Below are positions 32,035-41,787 of a stretch of 64,000 nt of DNA, piece after piece. The notes beneath the pieces were generated by a model. That model saw nothing but the letters and a program-made list of their open reading frames with translations, ran no database searches and was not told where the DNA came from. The DNA comes from an uncultured delta proteobacterium. GTDB lineage: Bacteria; Myxococcota_A; Polyangia; Haliangiales; Haliangiaceae. The DNA lies in the NCBI GenBank assembly GCA_963743525.1, contig CAVUQH010000004.1:640001-704000 (forward strand). The letters run 5' to 3'. The stretch's first letter is position 1, and each line of letters begins with the position of its first letter. A program made the position numbers and the translations under genes.

Positions 32035-32712
32035 ATGGCGTCTCCTCCCGCGCAGCTCCTGCGGATCGAGTACCGCAACGCGCCGTCGTTCCTGGTCGCC
32101 TATTCGATCAGCTTTGCGCGCGGCGGGGTGTTCGTGGAGACCCGACTCGACCTGCCGGTGGGCACACCGGTGGAGGTGCAGCTGGCGATTCCCTCCGGCG
32201 GGCTGATCGATCTGCGCGGCACCGTCACCTACCAGCGCACCGGCGCCGACGAGGACGGCCACCCCGGGTTGGCCCTCGAGCTGCCCGACGCCGCCGAGAT
32301 GCTGGCGCAGCTGGTTAACCGACTGGCCATCGAGTACGGCGGCATGAGCATCATCGTCCTGGCCGGCGACACCCAGGACCGGACCACGCTCAGCCGCCAG
32401 CTCAAGTCGATCCTGACCACCGCCGAGGTCATCAGCGCCACCGATGCCAGGCTGGCCGAGGCGGTGCTGGACGACGACATCGACCTCGTCGTCCTCGACG
32501 CCGACCACGATCTGGAAGCGTCGCTGGAGACCATCAAGATGGCCCGCGACATGCCGGTGCCGGTGCCGACCGTGGCGCTGACCTCGTCGCGCAAGGCGAT
32601 CGACCGCCTGCTGCTCGCCGGCGCCAACGAAGTCGCCAACAACCCGCCAGCGTTCGCCGAGCTGCAACAGGTGCTGGTCCGGGCCATGGCCCGACCGCGC
32701 CGGGTGAGCTGA
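32035..32712 (+). CDS. PilZ-like domain fused to a degenerate receiver domain
   Basis: SISFARGGVFVET...PVGTPV PilZ-like strand pattern, then IIVLAGD...DLVVLD...PVPTVALT receiver-like fold. Confidence 0.7.
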   Translation: MASPPAQLLRIEYRNAPSFLVAYSISFARGGVFVETRLDLPVGTPVEVQLAIPSGGLIDLRGTVTYQRTGADEDGHPGLALELPDAAEMLAQLVNRLAIEYGGMSIIVLAGDTQDRTTLSRQLKSILTTAEVISATDARLAEAVLDDDIDLVVLDADHDLEASLETIKMARDMPVPVPTVALTSSRKAIDRLLLAGANEVANNPPAFAELQQVLVRAMARPRRVS

Positions 32713-32715
32713 GCG

Positions 32716-33828
32716 ATGGACGAGAAGTTCGTATCCGACGCCGACGACGCGGCGTTCGAGTCGGCCACGTTTCAGGAAGCGTCGCGGCGCAGCCAGGCGC
32801 TGTGGCAAGACCTGCAGCGCAATCCCGCGCGCTACCGCGTGCTCACCGGCGAGCGTCCCACCGGCCCTCTGCACATCGGTCACCTGTTCGGCACCGTGGC
32901 CAACCGCGTGCACATCCAGAGCCTGGGCACGACCACCTTCATCGTCATCGCCGACTACCAGGTGCTCACCGATCGCGACACCGCCGACGCCGTCGGCGAC
33001 AACGTGCACGAGGTGATCCTCGACTACCTGGCCTCGGGTCTCGACCCCGACAACGGGCGCACCTTCTTCTTCAGCCACAGCCACGTGCCGGAGCTCAACC
33101 AGCTGCTGTTGCCGTTCATGTCGCTGGTGACCACCGCCGAGCTCGACCGCAACCCGACGGTCAAGGACGAGATCAAGGCCGCCGGTCTGCGCCAGGTCAA
33201 CGCGCTGATGTACACCTATCCGATCCACCAGGCCGCCGACATCCTGTTCTGCAAGGGCAACGTCGTCCCGGTCGGTCGCGATCAGCTGCCGCACCTCGAG
33301 CTCACGCGCAAGATCGCGCGGCGCTTCAACGAGCGGTTCTCACCCGAGGCGCCCATCTTCCCCGTGCCCGACGCCCTGCTCAGCGACCTGCCGGTGGTCC
33401 TGGGCACCGACGGGCAGAAGATGAGCAAGAGCCGCGGCAACACCATCATGCTCAAGATGACCGCCGACGAGACCGCAAAGGCGATCAAGCGGGCCAAGAC
33501 CGACGCCGAGCGCAACATCACCTACGACCCGCAGAACCGCCCCGAGGTCGCCAACCTGCTGCGGCTGATCGCCATCTGCACCGGCGACGCGCCCGAGGCG
33601 ATCGCCGAGCGAATCGGCAACGGCGGCGGTGGCGCGCTCAAGGCGATGCTGACCGATGCGCTCAACGCCCACCTGGCGCCGATCCGCGACCGCCGCGCCC
33701 GCTACGCCGGCGATCCCGCGTACGTCCACAGCGTGCTGCGCCGCGGCGTCGAGCGCGCGCGCGAAGAAGCCGTCGCCACCCTGAAGCAGGTGCGCGCGGC
33801 GATGAACATGGACCACGGCCTCGACTGA
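32716..33828 (+). CDS. trpS: tryptophanyl-tRNA synthetase
   Basis: RPTGPLHIGH, YPIHQAADIL, VPVGRDQLPH, KMSKS. Confidence 0.97.
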   Translation: MDEKFVSDADDAAFESATFQEASRRSQALWQDLQRNPARYRVLTGERPTGPLHIGHLFGTVANRVHIQSLGTTTFIVIADYQVLTDRDTADAVGDNVHEVILDYLASGLDPDNGRTFFFSHSHVPELNQLLLPFMSLVTTAELDRNPTVKDEIKAAGLRQVNALMYTYPIHQAADILFCKGNVVPVGRDQLPHLELTRKIARRFNERFSPEAPIFPVPDALLSDLPVVLGTDGQKMSKSRGNTIMLKMTADETAKAIKRAKTDAERNITYDPQNRPEVANLLRLIAICTGDAPEAIAERIGNGGGGALKAMLTDALNAHLAPIRDRRARYAGDPAYVHSVLRRGVERAREEAVATLKQVRAAMNMDHGLD

Positions 33829-33848
33829 ATCGCGGCGACGGCCGCGGC

Positions 33849-34700
33849 TCAGCCGGCGCGGCGGGCGGCCGCGTCGACGGTGTTCTCGAGCAGGCAGGCG
33901 ATGGTCATGGGACCGACGCCGCGGGGCACCGGCGTGATCGCCGACGCGCGCTCGGCGGCGCTGGCGTAGTCAACGTCGCCGCACAGGCTGCCGTCCTCGC
34001 GGCGGTTCATGCCCACGTCGAGGACCACGGCGCCGGGCTTGATCCAGTCGCCTTTGACCAGCTCGGGGACGCCGACGGCGGCGACCACGACGTCGGCGCG
34101 GGCGACCTCGCCGGCCAGGTCGACCGTGCGCGAGTGGCAGCCGGTGACGGTGGCGTTGGCGTTGGCCAGGAGCATCATCATCGGCCGGCCGACCAGGTTG
34201 GAGCGACCGATGACCACGGCGCGCTTGCCGGTGAGGTCGTACTCGATCTCGGCGAGCATGCGCATGCAGCCGCGCGGCGTGCAGGGGATGAAGCCAGGAC
34301 GGCCCTGCGCCAGCAGGCCGAGGCTGTGCGGGTGCAGGCCGTCGACGTCCTTCTTCGGATCGATCGCGTCCTGCACGGCGGCGGGGTCGAGCTGCACGGG
34401 CAGCGGCAGCTGCACGAGGATGCCGTCGACCTCGGGGTCGGCATTGAGCCGGGCGACCAGCGCCATCAGCTCGGCCTGCTCGGTCGACGCGGGCAACCGG
34501 TGATCGATGGCGCGGATGCCGGTCTTCTCGCAGGCACGGCCCTTGTTGCGCACGTAGATCTGCGACGCCGGATCGTCGCCGACGAGGACGACGGCGAGAC
34601 CGGGGGTCACGCCGCGGGCGGCGAGCTCGGCAGTGCGGACGGTGAGCTGCTCGCGCACGCGCGCAGCCAGCGCCCTGCCATCGATGATCCGTGCTGCCAT
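33849..34700 (-). CDS. folD: methylenetetrahydrofolate dehydrogenase/cyclohydrolase
   Basis: [40 protein letters not shown]. Confidence 0.98.
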   Translation of the reverse strand: MAARIIDGRALAARVREQLTVRTAELAARGVTPGLAVVLVGDDPASQIYVRNKGRACEKTGIRAIDHRLPASTEQAELMALVARLNADPEVDGILVQLPLPVQLDPAAVQDAIDPKKDVDGLHPHSLGLLAQGRPGFIPCTPRGCMRMLAEIEYDLTGKRAVVIGRSNLVGRPMMMLLANANATVTGCHSRTVDLAGEVARADVVVAAVGVPELVKGDWIKPGAVVLDVGMNRREDGSLCGDVDYASAAERASAITPVPRGVGPMTIACLLENTVDAAARRAG

Positions 34701-35008
34701 CAGTCGCTGCCTCCCGAGCCCGAGCTCTTGTCGCCCGACGACGAGCCGCTGTCGCTCTTGCTGGCAGGGCTGCTGCTATCGGTCGAGGTCGATGTCGATG
34801 CCGACGGCTTGCTGTCGCTGCCCGGCTTGGGCGACGAGTAGAGGTCCTTGTACCAGCCGCCACCCTTGAGGTGGAACGCAGACCGCGAGATCAGCCGCTC
34901 GAGGGTGCCGCCGCACTTCTCGCAGGTGGTCTTGGGGTCTTCGCTCATGCGCTGCTGGTACTCGAATACCTCGCCGCAGCCCTGGCACCGATACTCGTAA
35001 ATCGGCAT
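34700..35008 (-). CDS. FmdB-family zinc-ribbon protein
   Basis: [11 protein letters not shown]...CEKCGG...FHLKGGGWY with Ser-rich tail. Confidence 0.92.
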   Translation of the reverse strand: MPIYEYRCQGCGEVFEYQQRMSEDPKTTCEKCGGTLERLISRSAFHLKGGGWYKDLYSSPKPGSDSKPSASTSTSTDSSSPASKSDSGSSSGDKSSGSGGSD

Positions 35009-35062
35009 GACGGTCCCTGCTATCATGGCCGCGCCCCGGCCGTAAAGCGCCTCGTTCGCCCC

Positions 35063-36127
35063 ATGATTCGCGTCCTCTACTCGACCCCCGAGATCGCCCC
35101 GTTCGTCGGTGCCGGCCCGGAATCTGCCCTGGCTCGCTGCCTGGCAGCGGGGCTGGTGCAGGCCGGCGCCCGGGTCACGGTGGCGGCGCCATGGCACGAA
35201 GCCGAGCCGCCCTCACGCTTGGCGCGGCGGCTGTCGCCGGCGCCGACCTCGCGCGGACCGGTGACGGTGTTCGAGGGCCCGCTGCCCGGCGGCGGCGGCC
35301 AGGTGCTGGTGGCCGCGACCGACGATCCGATCGCCGTCGTCGAAGCGGCGCTGGCGTGCGAGGGCGCCGACATCGCGCACCTGGCGCTGGGCGGCGATGC
35401 GGCCCTGGCGACCCTGGCCGCGCGCGGTATTCCGGCGCTGCTCGACGACGACCTCGAGCTGACCCCGGGCATCGACCCGGCGCGCTGGCCGCGGCCGACC
35501 GGCGCCCTGGCCGACAAGCCAGCGGCCAAGCGGCGCGCGCAGGTCGCGCTGGGACTGCCGCCGCTGGCAACGGCGCCGCTGTTCGTGGCCGAGTCGACGC
35601 CCAGCCACCCGATCGATCCATTGCTGTGGTCCGACGAGCTAGAAGCCGTGTTGGCGGCGGCCGGCGCGCTGCTGGTCGTCGTCCACGCAGGCTCGGATGC
35701 TGCCCTGGCACCGCGCTCGCGTCGCGCGACCACGGTGGTCGGCGCCCGCGACGACGAGCGCCGACGGATCCTTGCGGCCGCCGATTTCGCCATCCTCGCC
35801 CACGAGCCGAGCCGCGGCCCCAGCGATCTGCAGTCCGCCCGCTACGGCGCCGTGCCGATCGCGCCGCGCGAGACGCCGTACACCAACACCCTGGTCGAGC
35901 TCGATCTCGCCACCACCACCGGCACCGGCATCTTCTACGCCCCCGACCCGGAGCGGCTGGTGGCCGCGATCCGGCGGGCGCTGCGCGCCTACGCACACCC
36001 GCATTTCGCCGCCACCGCGAGGGGCGCAGCCCGGCTGGATCTCGACTGGCTGCGGCCGGCGCGGGTGGCGCTGGGCGCCTACGCCCGGCTCGCCGGCGGC
36101 CAAAAAATGGATTCTGTAGGCGCATGA
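35063..36127 (+). CDS. degenerate glycogen-synthase-like (GT5) protein
   Basis: Start 'RVLYSTPEIAPF' and C-terminal 'ILAAADF...EP...YGAVPI...GTGIFY' follow the GlgA layout, but KTGGL is absent and the protein is short. Confidence 0.7.
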   Translation: MIRVLYSTPEIAPFVGAGPESALARCLAAGLVQAGARVTVAAPWHEAEPPSRLARRLSPAPTSRGPVTVFEGPLPGGGGQVLVAATDDPIAVVEAALACEGADIAHLALGGDAALATLAARGIPALLDDDLELTPGIDPARWPRPTGALADKPAAKRRAQVALGLPPLATAPLFVAESTPSHPIDPLLWSDELEAVLAAAGALLVVVHAGSDAALAPRSRRATTVVGARDDERRRILAAADFAILAHEPSRGPSDLQSARYGAVPIAPRETPYTNTLVELDLATTTGTGIFYAPDPERLVAAIRRALRAYAHPHFAATARGAARLDLDWLRPARVALGAYARLAGGQKMDSVGA

Positions 36128-36166
36128 CCTACAATGTCCTACCTGAGTCGTTCCAGGAGGACATTC

Positions 36167-36562
36167 ATGGCAACACGCGACCGCAGACTGGGCTTCCGGG
36201 TCCCTCTCGAGATCTTTCTCACCCAGTACATTCGTGATCGCCCGGTGCGATCCCTGGCCTGTAACCTAAGTGATACAGGCATTTACCTGCAGTCGGTGAG
36301 CCTCTCGGGAGTGCTGGGGACGACCGACGGACCGGTGGCGCTGGAGTTCGAGCTGCCCGGCACCGGCGAGGTGATCTGGGCCCGAGGCGAGGTCTGCTAC
36401 GCCGATGGCGACGACATGGTCGCCGGCACCGGCATTCGTTTCACCGGCATTCCCACCGTCCATGCCCGGATGATCCGCGACTACTGCATCGAGCGGCGCA
36501 GGACCCATCTGGGCCAGCTCCTGGCCCGAATCCGCCCGCACAGCGCCGCCGACTCCATGTGA
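36167..36562 (+). CDS. single-domain PilZ protein
   Basis: AGGAGG RBS; RxxxR (RLGFR) and NxSxxG (NLSDTG) c-di-GMP-binding motifs. Confidence 0.9.
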   Translation: MATRDRRLGFRVPLEIFLTQYIRDRPVRSLACNLSDTGIYLQSVSLSGVLGTTDGPVALEFELPGTGEVIWARGEVCYADGDDMVAGTGIRFTGIPTVHARMIRDYCIERRRTHLGQLLARIRPHSAADSM

Positions 36563-36661
36563 GGCCTGGCGGCCCCGGCGGGGGCGATCCACAGTGGCAG
36601 GAACGCCTTGGGCGGCTTCGATCGTTATACTTGATGAAGCCGTCCCGGCGCTGCCTCGCCC

Positions 36662-39600
36662 ATGACCAGACGCCTCCGCCAAGCCATCGTTTTTTCAGCC
36701 ATTCTCGCGGCGCTCGCGCCCGCGGTCACGACCTCCGCCCAACCCGGCGACGACTGGTCGGTCAAGCGCGACCCGTTCGACAAGCGAGTGGTCGCCCGCT
36801 ACAAGGCGATCCTGGCCAAGCATCCGGACGACTCCGGCGCGCTGGCCAAGCTGGTGGCGATGTACCGCCGCTACCGCTCGGTAGCCAAGCTGGTGGGCGA
36901 GTACGAGGGCGTGCTGGCCAAGAAGCCCGACAGCTTCGCCGACAACGCGGTGCTCGGCTACCTGCACCTGCGCGAGGGCGCCGGCGACAAGGCCCTGCCC
37001 TACTTCCAGAAAGCCGCCGCCCTTCGCCCCACTGACGCCGGCGTCCAGCTGGCGCTGGGCGATCTGTTGCGCAACGCCGGCAAGCCGGACGGCGCCAAGA
37101 CCGCCTACGACGCCGCGCTGGCGGCGACCAAGAACAAGAAGCTGAAGGTCAAGGCGCTGCGCGCCCTGGCCGACCTGGCGCTCGGCGCCAACGACATCGC
37201 CACCGCGCGCAAGTACTACGACCAGTATCTGGCCATCGAGCCGCACAACCACCAGGTGCGGATCGAGCTGGGCGACGCGCTGCTCAACCACGGCAAGGCG
37301 CTCGACGCGGTCGAGGTCTACAAGCAGGCCGAGAGTCGGCTCAAGTCCGATCCGGCGCGCCGGGTCGAGGTGGTCGCGCGCATCGGCCAGGCGTACGAGA
37401 AGGCCGGGCAGGACGACGCCGCCGTGCGCGAGTACCGGCGGGCGATGTCGCTGGTCGGGCGCACCTACTACCTGCGCCGCGAGCTGACCGCGCGCATCAT
37501 CGAGATCTACCGCAAGCGCCAGGGCTTGAGCGACCTGCTGGCCGAGTACGAGAAGGAGTGGCCCAAGAAGCGGCGCGACTTCTTCGAGTGGGACACGCTG
37601 GCCCGGCTGTACGAGGAGACCGGCGACCAGGAGAAGGCGATCGCCGCGTACGAGGCGGCCACCCGCAAGTCGCCGTACGAGCTCGACACCCAGCGCCGAC
37701 TGATCTCGATGCTCGAGAACTCCGGCCGGGAAAAGGAAGCGCTGGCGCAGTACGAGAAGGTCATCCGCATCGCCCCGGGCGAGCCGCGCTTCCAGCTCGA
37801 GCTGGCCGAGCGCTACTGGAACCGCGGCGATCAGAAGAAGGCGCTCGAGCTCCTGGCCAAGATGGAGAAGCGCTTCCCCGGCGACGCCAGCGTCTTCTCC
37901 GCCATCGCCGAGATGTACACCCGCTGGGGCAAGGAAGACCGCGCGCTCAAGGCCTACGAGCGGCTGGTGTCGATCGAGCCGGACGAGAGCTCGCACCTGG
38001 TCGACCTGGGCGAGCAGTACTACCAGCGCAACGACAAGAAGAAGGCGATCGCGACCTGGAAGCGAATCGTCACCCGGCGCACGGCGGCCAACTACGCCCG
38101 CCTGGGCGAGGTCTACGCCGAGCACGACCTGCGCGACGACGCCCGCGAGATGTACACCAAGGCGGTGCAGATGGCGCCGAAGAACCCCGACTTCCGCAAG
38201 GGTCGGGCTCGCGTCTACGAGCGCCTGCGCCTGTGGCAACCGGCGATCGACGACTGGAACGCAGTCTTGGCGCTGACCGCCAACGACAAGACGCAGAAGC
38301 CGCTGCGCGCCGAGGCCCGCCGCTACATCGTCGGCGTCTACGCCCGCTGGGGACGCACCCAGCTGTCCAACCAGATGCGCAACTGGCGGACCGCGTTCGC
38401 CGCCGACCCGCCCGACGTCGACGCCGGGCGCTTGCTGGTCGAGGCGCACCTCAAACAGCACAACGACCACCAGGCGGCCGAGGTGCTCAAGAAGCTGATC
38501 ACCATCGACGGCAGCGACACCGACGCCATGCAGGAGCTGGTCAAGGTCTACCGCCGCCAGCGCAAGTTCGACGACGCGGTGGCGCTGCTGCTCGACCTGG
38601 TCAAGCTGTCGCCGGGACGCGAGCGCGAGTTCTATACCCGCATCGCCGAGATCAAGACCGACGCGCGCGAGGACGACCAGGCGATCCTCTACGTGCAGAA
38701 GGCGCTGGAGAAGAGCCCCAACGACCCGGTCGCGCACATGCGCCTGGCCGAGCGCTACGAGGCGATGCAGGACGAGCACTCGCTGGAGAAGGCGATGGCC
38801 GCCTACGAGAAGACCATCGAGCTCGACCCGCGCAACTTCACCGCCTACTTCAAGCTGGCCCGCCTCTACCAGCGCGAGAACCAGACGCACATGAAGGCGG
38901 CCAAGCTGTACCGGACCATCCTCGAGCGGGCCACCGACAACGAGGTGCTGGAGAACGCCGGGCACAAGGCGATCAACCTCGAGGAGCTGACCGGCACGCT
39001 GGGCGAGCTGGAGAAGGTGGTCTCGCCGCTGGCATTCACCTTCAGCCACAAGACCGTCTACCGGCGGATCCTGGTCGAGCTGTACGGTCGCTACGTGCCC
39101 ACCCTGGTGGCGCGCGTGCACGCCGGGGGTGACGACGGCGCCGCCGCGGAAGCCGAGCTGTTGCGCCTGGGCAAGCGCGGGCTCAAGCCGCTGCTCGAAG
39201 CGCTGGGCGACGATCAATACCCCGGCCAGCAGCTGATCGCCGTGTCGGTGCTGGGGCATCTGGGCAACAAGGGCGCCGCGGCGCCGCTGGTCCACCTGGC
39301 GCTCAAGCCGATCAACGGGCCGACGACCGCCATCGGCACGCTGCGCCCGGTGGTCGACATCGACACCCGCGTTGACGCCCTGGTCGCCGCCGGCCGGCTG
39401 GGCGATCCGCGCATCATCCCGGAGCTGATCGAGCTGTCTCGTCTGCCCGAGCGCAGCATGCGCGAGGCGGCGATCTTCGGCCTCGGTCGCACCGGCGACG
39501 CCCGCGCGGTGCCGCCGCTGATGGCCGCGCTGGGTGACTACAACGAGTCGGTGCAGGCGCAGGCCTGTCTGGGACTGTCGTTCTCGCGCGACAAGCAGGT

Positions 39601-40687
39601 GGTCGACCGGATGATCGAGGTGGTCGCCGACGCCACGCGCAAGGACACCACTCGCGCCGCCTGCGCCTGGGCGCTGGGCGTCATCGGCGACGGCCGCGCA
39701 CTGGCGCCGCTGGCCACCGCGCTGGCGCAGGGCAACGACGAGACCCAGCGCCTGGCCGCGTACGCCCTCGGTCGACTGGCCGACGGTCGCGCGGTGCCGG
39801 CGCTCTTGGCGGCCAACTTCAGCCGGCACGAAGAGATCCGCCGCACCGTGGCGTGGGCGCTGGCGCGCATCTCGGCGCCCAAATCGGTGCCCGCGCCGGT
39901 CGAGCAGCCCGACTTCCTGACCCGCAACGACAGCTTCGACGCCGACGGCACCATCCGCTTGCTGGGCACCGACCTGGGCGACCCGACGCTGGCGCCGGGC
40001 CTGCTGGTCGGCCACGAGGTGGAGCTCCTCGCCGGCATCCGCGAGGCGCTCGAGCGCCACACCGATCTGCAGCTGCGCATGCTGATGGTGCTCGACGGCC
40101 ACCCCGGGCGGATCGATCTCGGCGCCCTGACCGACCACCTCGACCAGGCCGGAGGCGGGCAGAAGAAGAAGATCGTCGCCCTCCTCGACCGCGTCGGTCA
40201 GGCGCTGGCGCCGGACCTGCTCCGCCTGACCAAGCACGAGGACTCCAAGGTGCGCGCGCTGGCGCTGTCGGTGCTCGCCAAGGCCGACGCCAGCCAGGCA
40301 ATCGACGCGCTCGAGACCGGCATGACCGACAGCTCGCCGGCGGTCCGCCGCGCGGTGATGAAGACCGCCACCCGCTACGCCCAGCACCACCCGGAGGCCA
40401 GCGCGGCCCTGGCCAAGGCGGTCGCCGCCCGGCTGTCGGCCAAGGGCTGGCTGGAGCGCACCGACGCCGCCCGCGCCCTGGGCGGGCTGGGCAAGGCGGC
40501 ACCAGTGGACGCCCTGATCACCGCCCTCGACGACGACTTCGGCTACGTCCGCGAGGCCGCCGCCCGGTCGCTCGGCGCCATCGGCGACCCGCGGGCCGCC
40601 GGCGCCCTGCAACGAGCCACCGACGACCGGGATCCCAAGGTCGCCGCAGCGGCGCGCAAGAGCCTGCAGCAAATTAGAAAAAAGTAG
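36662..40687 (+). CDS. large exported TPR + HEAT-repeat protein (1341 aa)
   Basis: Signal peptide, many TPR-like helical repeats, C-terminal HEAT/PBS-lyase repeats (VREAAARSLGAIGDPRA). Confidence 0.9.
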   Translation: MTRRLRQAIVFSAILAALAPAVTTSAQPGDDWSVKRDPFDKRVVARYKAILAKHPDDSGALAKLVAMYRRYRSVAKLVGEYEGVLAKKPDSFADNAVLGYLHLREGAGDKALPYFQKAAALRPTDAGVQLALGDLLRNAGKPDGAKTAYDAALAATKNKKLKVKALRALADLALGANDIATARKYYDQYLAIEPHNHQVRIELGDALLNHGKALDAVEVYKQAESRLKSDPARRVEVVARIGQAYEKAGQDDAAVREYRRAMSLVGRTYYLRRELTARIIEIYRKRQGLSDLLAEYEKEWPKKRRDFFEWDTLARLYEETGDQEKAIAAYEAATRKSPYELDTQRRLISMLENSGREKEALAQYEKVIRIAPGEPRFQLELAERYWNRGDQKKALELLAKMEKRFPGDASVFSAIAEMYTRWGKEDRALKAYERLVSIEPDESSHLVDLGEQYYQRNDKKKAIATWKRIVTRRTAANYARLGEVYAEHDLRDDAREMYTKAVQMAPKNPDFRKGRARVYERLRLWQPAIDDWNAVLALTANDKTQKPLRAEARRYIVGVYARWGRTQLSNQMRNWRTAFAADPPDVDAGRLLVEAHLKQHNDHQAAEVLKKLITIDGSDTDAMQELVKVYRRQRKFDDAVALLLDLVKLSPGREREFYTRIAEIKTDAREDDQAILYVQKALEKSPNDPVAHMRLAERYEAMQDEHSLEKAMAAYEKTIELDPRNFTAYFKLARLYQRENQTHMKAAKLYRTILERATDNEVLENAGHKAINLEELTGTLGELEKVVSPLAFTFSHKTVYRRILVELYGRYVPTLVARVHAGGDDGAAAEAELLRLGKRGLKPLLEALGDDQYPGQQLIAVSVLGHLGNKGAAAPLVHLALKPINGPTTAIGTLRPVVDIDTRVDALVAAGRLGDPRIIPELIELSRLPERSMREAAIFGLGRTGDARAVPPLMAALGDYNESVQAQACLGLSFSRDKQVVDRMIEVVADATRKDTTRAACAWALGVIGDGRALAPLATALAQGNDETQRLAAYALGRLADGRAVPALLAANFSRHEEIRRTVAWALARISAPKSVPAPVEQPDFLTRNDSFDADGTIRLLGTDLGDPTLAPGLLVGHEVELLAGIREALERHTDLQLRMLMVLDGHPGRIDLGALTDHLDQAGGGQKKKIVALLDRVGQALAPDLLRLTKHEDSKVRALALSVLAKADASQAIDALETGMTDSSPAVRRAVMKTATRYAQHHPEASAALAKAVAARLSAKGWLERTDAARALGGLGKAAPVDALITALDDDFGYVREAAARSLGAIGDPRAAGALQRATDDRDPKVAAAARKSLQQIRKK

Positions 40688-40737
40688 GACTTTCCACACG
40701 TTGACCGCCCACGATCGCGGCGGTACGATGCCGCTGG

Positions 40738-41748
40738 ATGGACGTCGGTCTGGTCTGCGAGGCGTGCAGCACCTTGAATCCGATGGGGTCTGCTACGTGC
40801 AGCCGGTGTGGGGGCGCCGTATCGCTGGGCCCTGCCGGCGCCGCCGCGGAACCCAGAGGTACCGCGCAGCACGGCGCGAGCGGCCCGCTGTGTCCGGCGT
40901 GTGGCGCAGCGGTGCCTCCCGGCTTCAAGTTCTGCGGCGCCTGCGGCTCGCCCATCGAAGCCGGTGACATCGGCTTCGAGCCGACGATGTCGGCGTCGGG
41001 CGCAGCCGCTGACGTCAACCTGCCCAACGACGCGACCAAGCCGCGCGCCAAGGCCAGCGGCGGCGCGGGCGGGGGCAAGAAGACGATGTTCTTCAGCACC
41101 ATGCAGGCGGCTCGCGCCAAGCTGGTGCTGATCAAGGGCGACGGCCTCGACGGCGTGTCGTTCACCCTCGCCGGTGACGAGCACCTGGCCGGCCGCTCCG
41201 ACGCGGCGCTGCTGTTCGAGGAAGACCCGTTCCTGTCGCCGACCCACGCCAACTTCTTCTACCGCAAGGGCGGGTTGGTGGTCCGCGACGAGGGCTCGAT
41301 CAACGGCGTCTACCTGCGCATCCGCGGCTCTCACGACGTCGCCACGGGCGACCGCTTCCTGGTCGGCGAGCAGCTGCTCGAGGTCCAGCCGCCCAACGAT
41401 GACGGTATCGACGAGCCCGCGGCCGACGGCACCTACTTCTTCGCCAGCCTGCACCGGCCGGCGCCGTTCCGCGTGGTCCAGCAGCTGCGCGGCGGCGACA
41501 CCGGCCTGGCGTTTCGCCCCAGCGCGGACGTGGTCACCCTCGGCCGCGAGGGCAACGACATCAACTTCCCCGACGATCCCTTCATTTCCGGCCATCACGC
41601 CCAGCTATCGTCTGCCGGCGGCCGGCTGCTACTGACCGACCTCAACTCCAAGAACGGCACCTTCCTGCGCATTCGCGGTGAGCAGGAGCTGCGCCACGGC
41701 GACTACGTCTTCATGGGCCAGCAGCTCCTCCGCGTGGAGATCGTGTAG
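40738..41748 (+). CDS. zinc-ribbon + tandem FHA domain protein
   Basis: Two sets of CxxC...CxxC; two FHA domains with GR, SxxH and NG intact. Confidence 0.9.
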   Translation: MDVGLVCEACSTLNPMGSATCSRCGGAVSLGPAGAAAEPRGTAQHGASGPLCPACGAAVPPGFKFCGACGSPIEAGDIGFEPTMSASGAAADVNLPNDATKPRAKASGGAGGGKKTMFFSTMQAARAKLVLIKGDGLDGVSFTLAGDEHLAGRSDAALLFEEDPFLSPTHANFFYRKGGLVVRDEGSINGVYLRIRGSHDVATGDRFLVGEQLLEVQPPNDDGIDEPAADGTYFFASLHRPAPFRVVQQLRGGDTGLAFRPSADVVTLGREGNDINFPDDPFISGHHAQLSSAGGRLLLTDLNSKNGTFLRIRGEQELRHGDYVFMGQQLLRVEIV

Positions 41749-41787
41749 GATGATTCGCACCCGGGCACGCCCGGTCGGGGGTAACCG

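Noticed and set aside
36695..40699. 1334-aa antisense ORF, and similar long shadow ORFs such as 12620-14500, 14725-16875, 51860-55084 and 665-2575
   Set aside because: They mirror real genes on the opposite strand. Stop-codon scarcity in high-GC coding DNA explains them, and they have no recognisable motifs.
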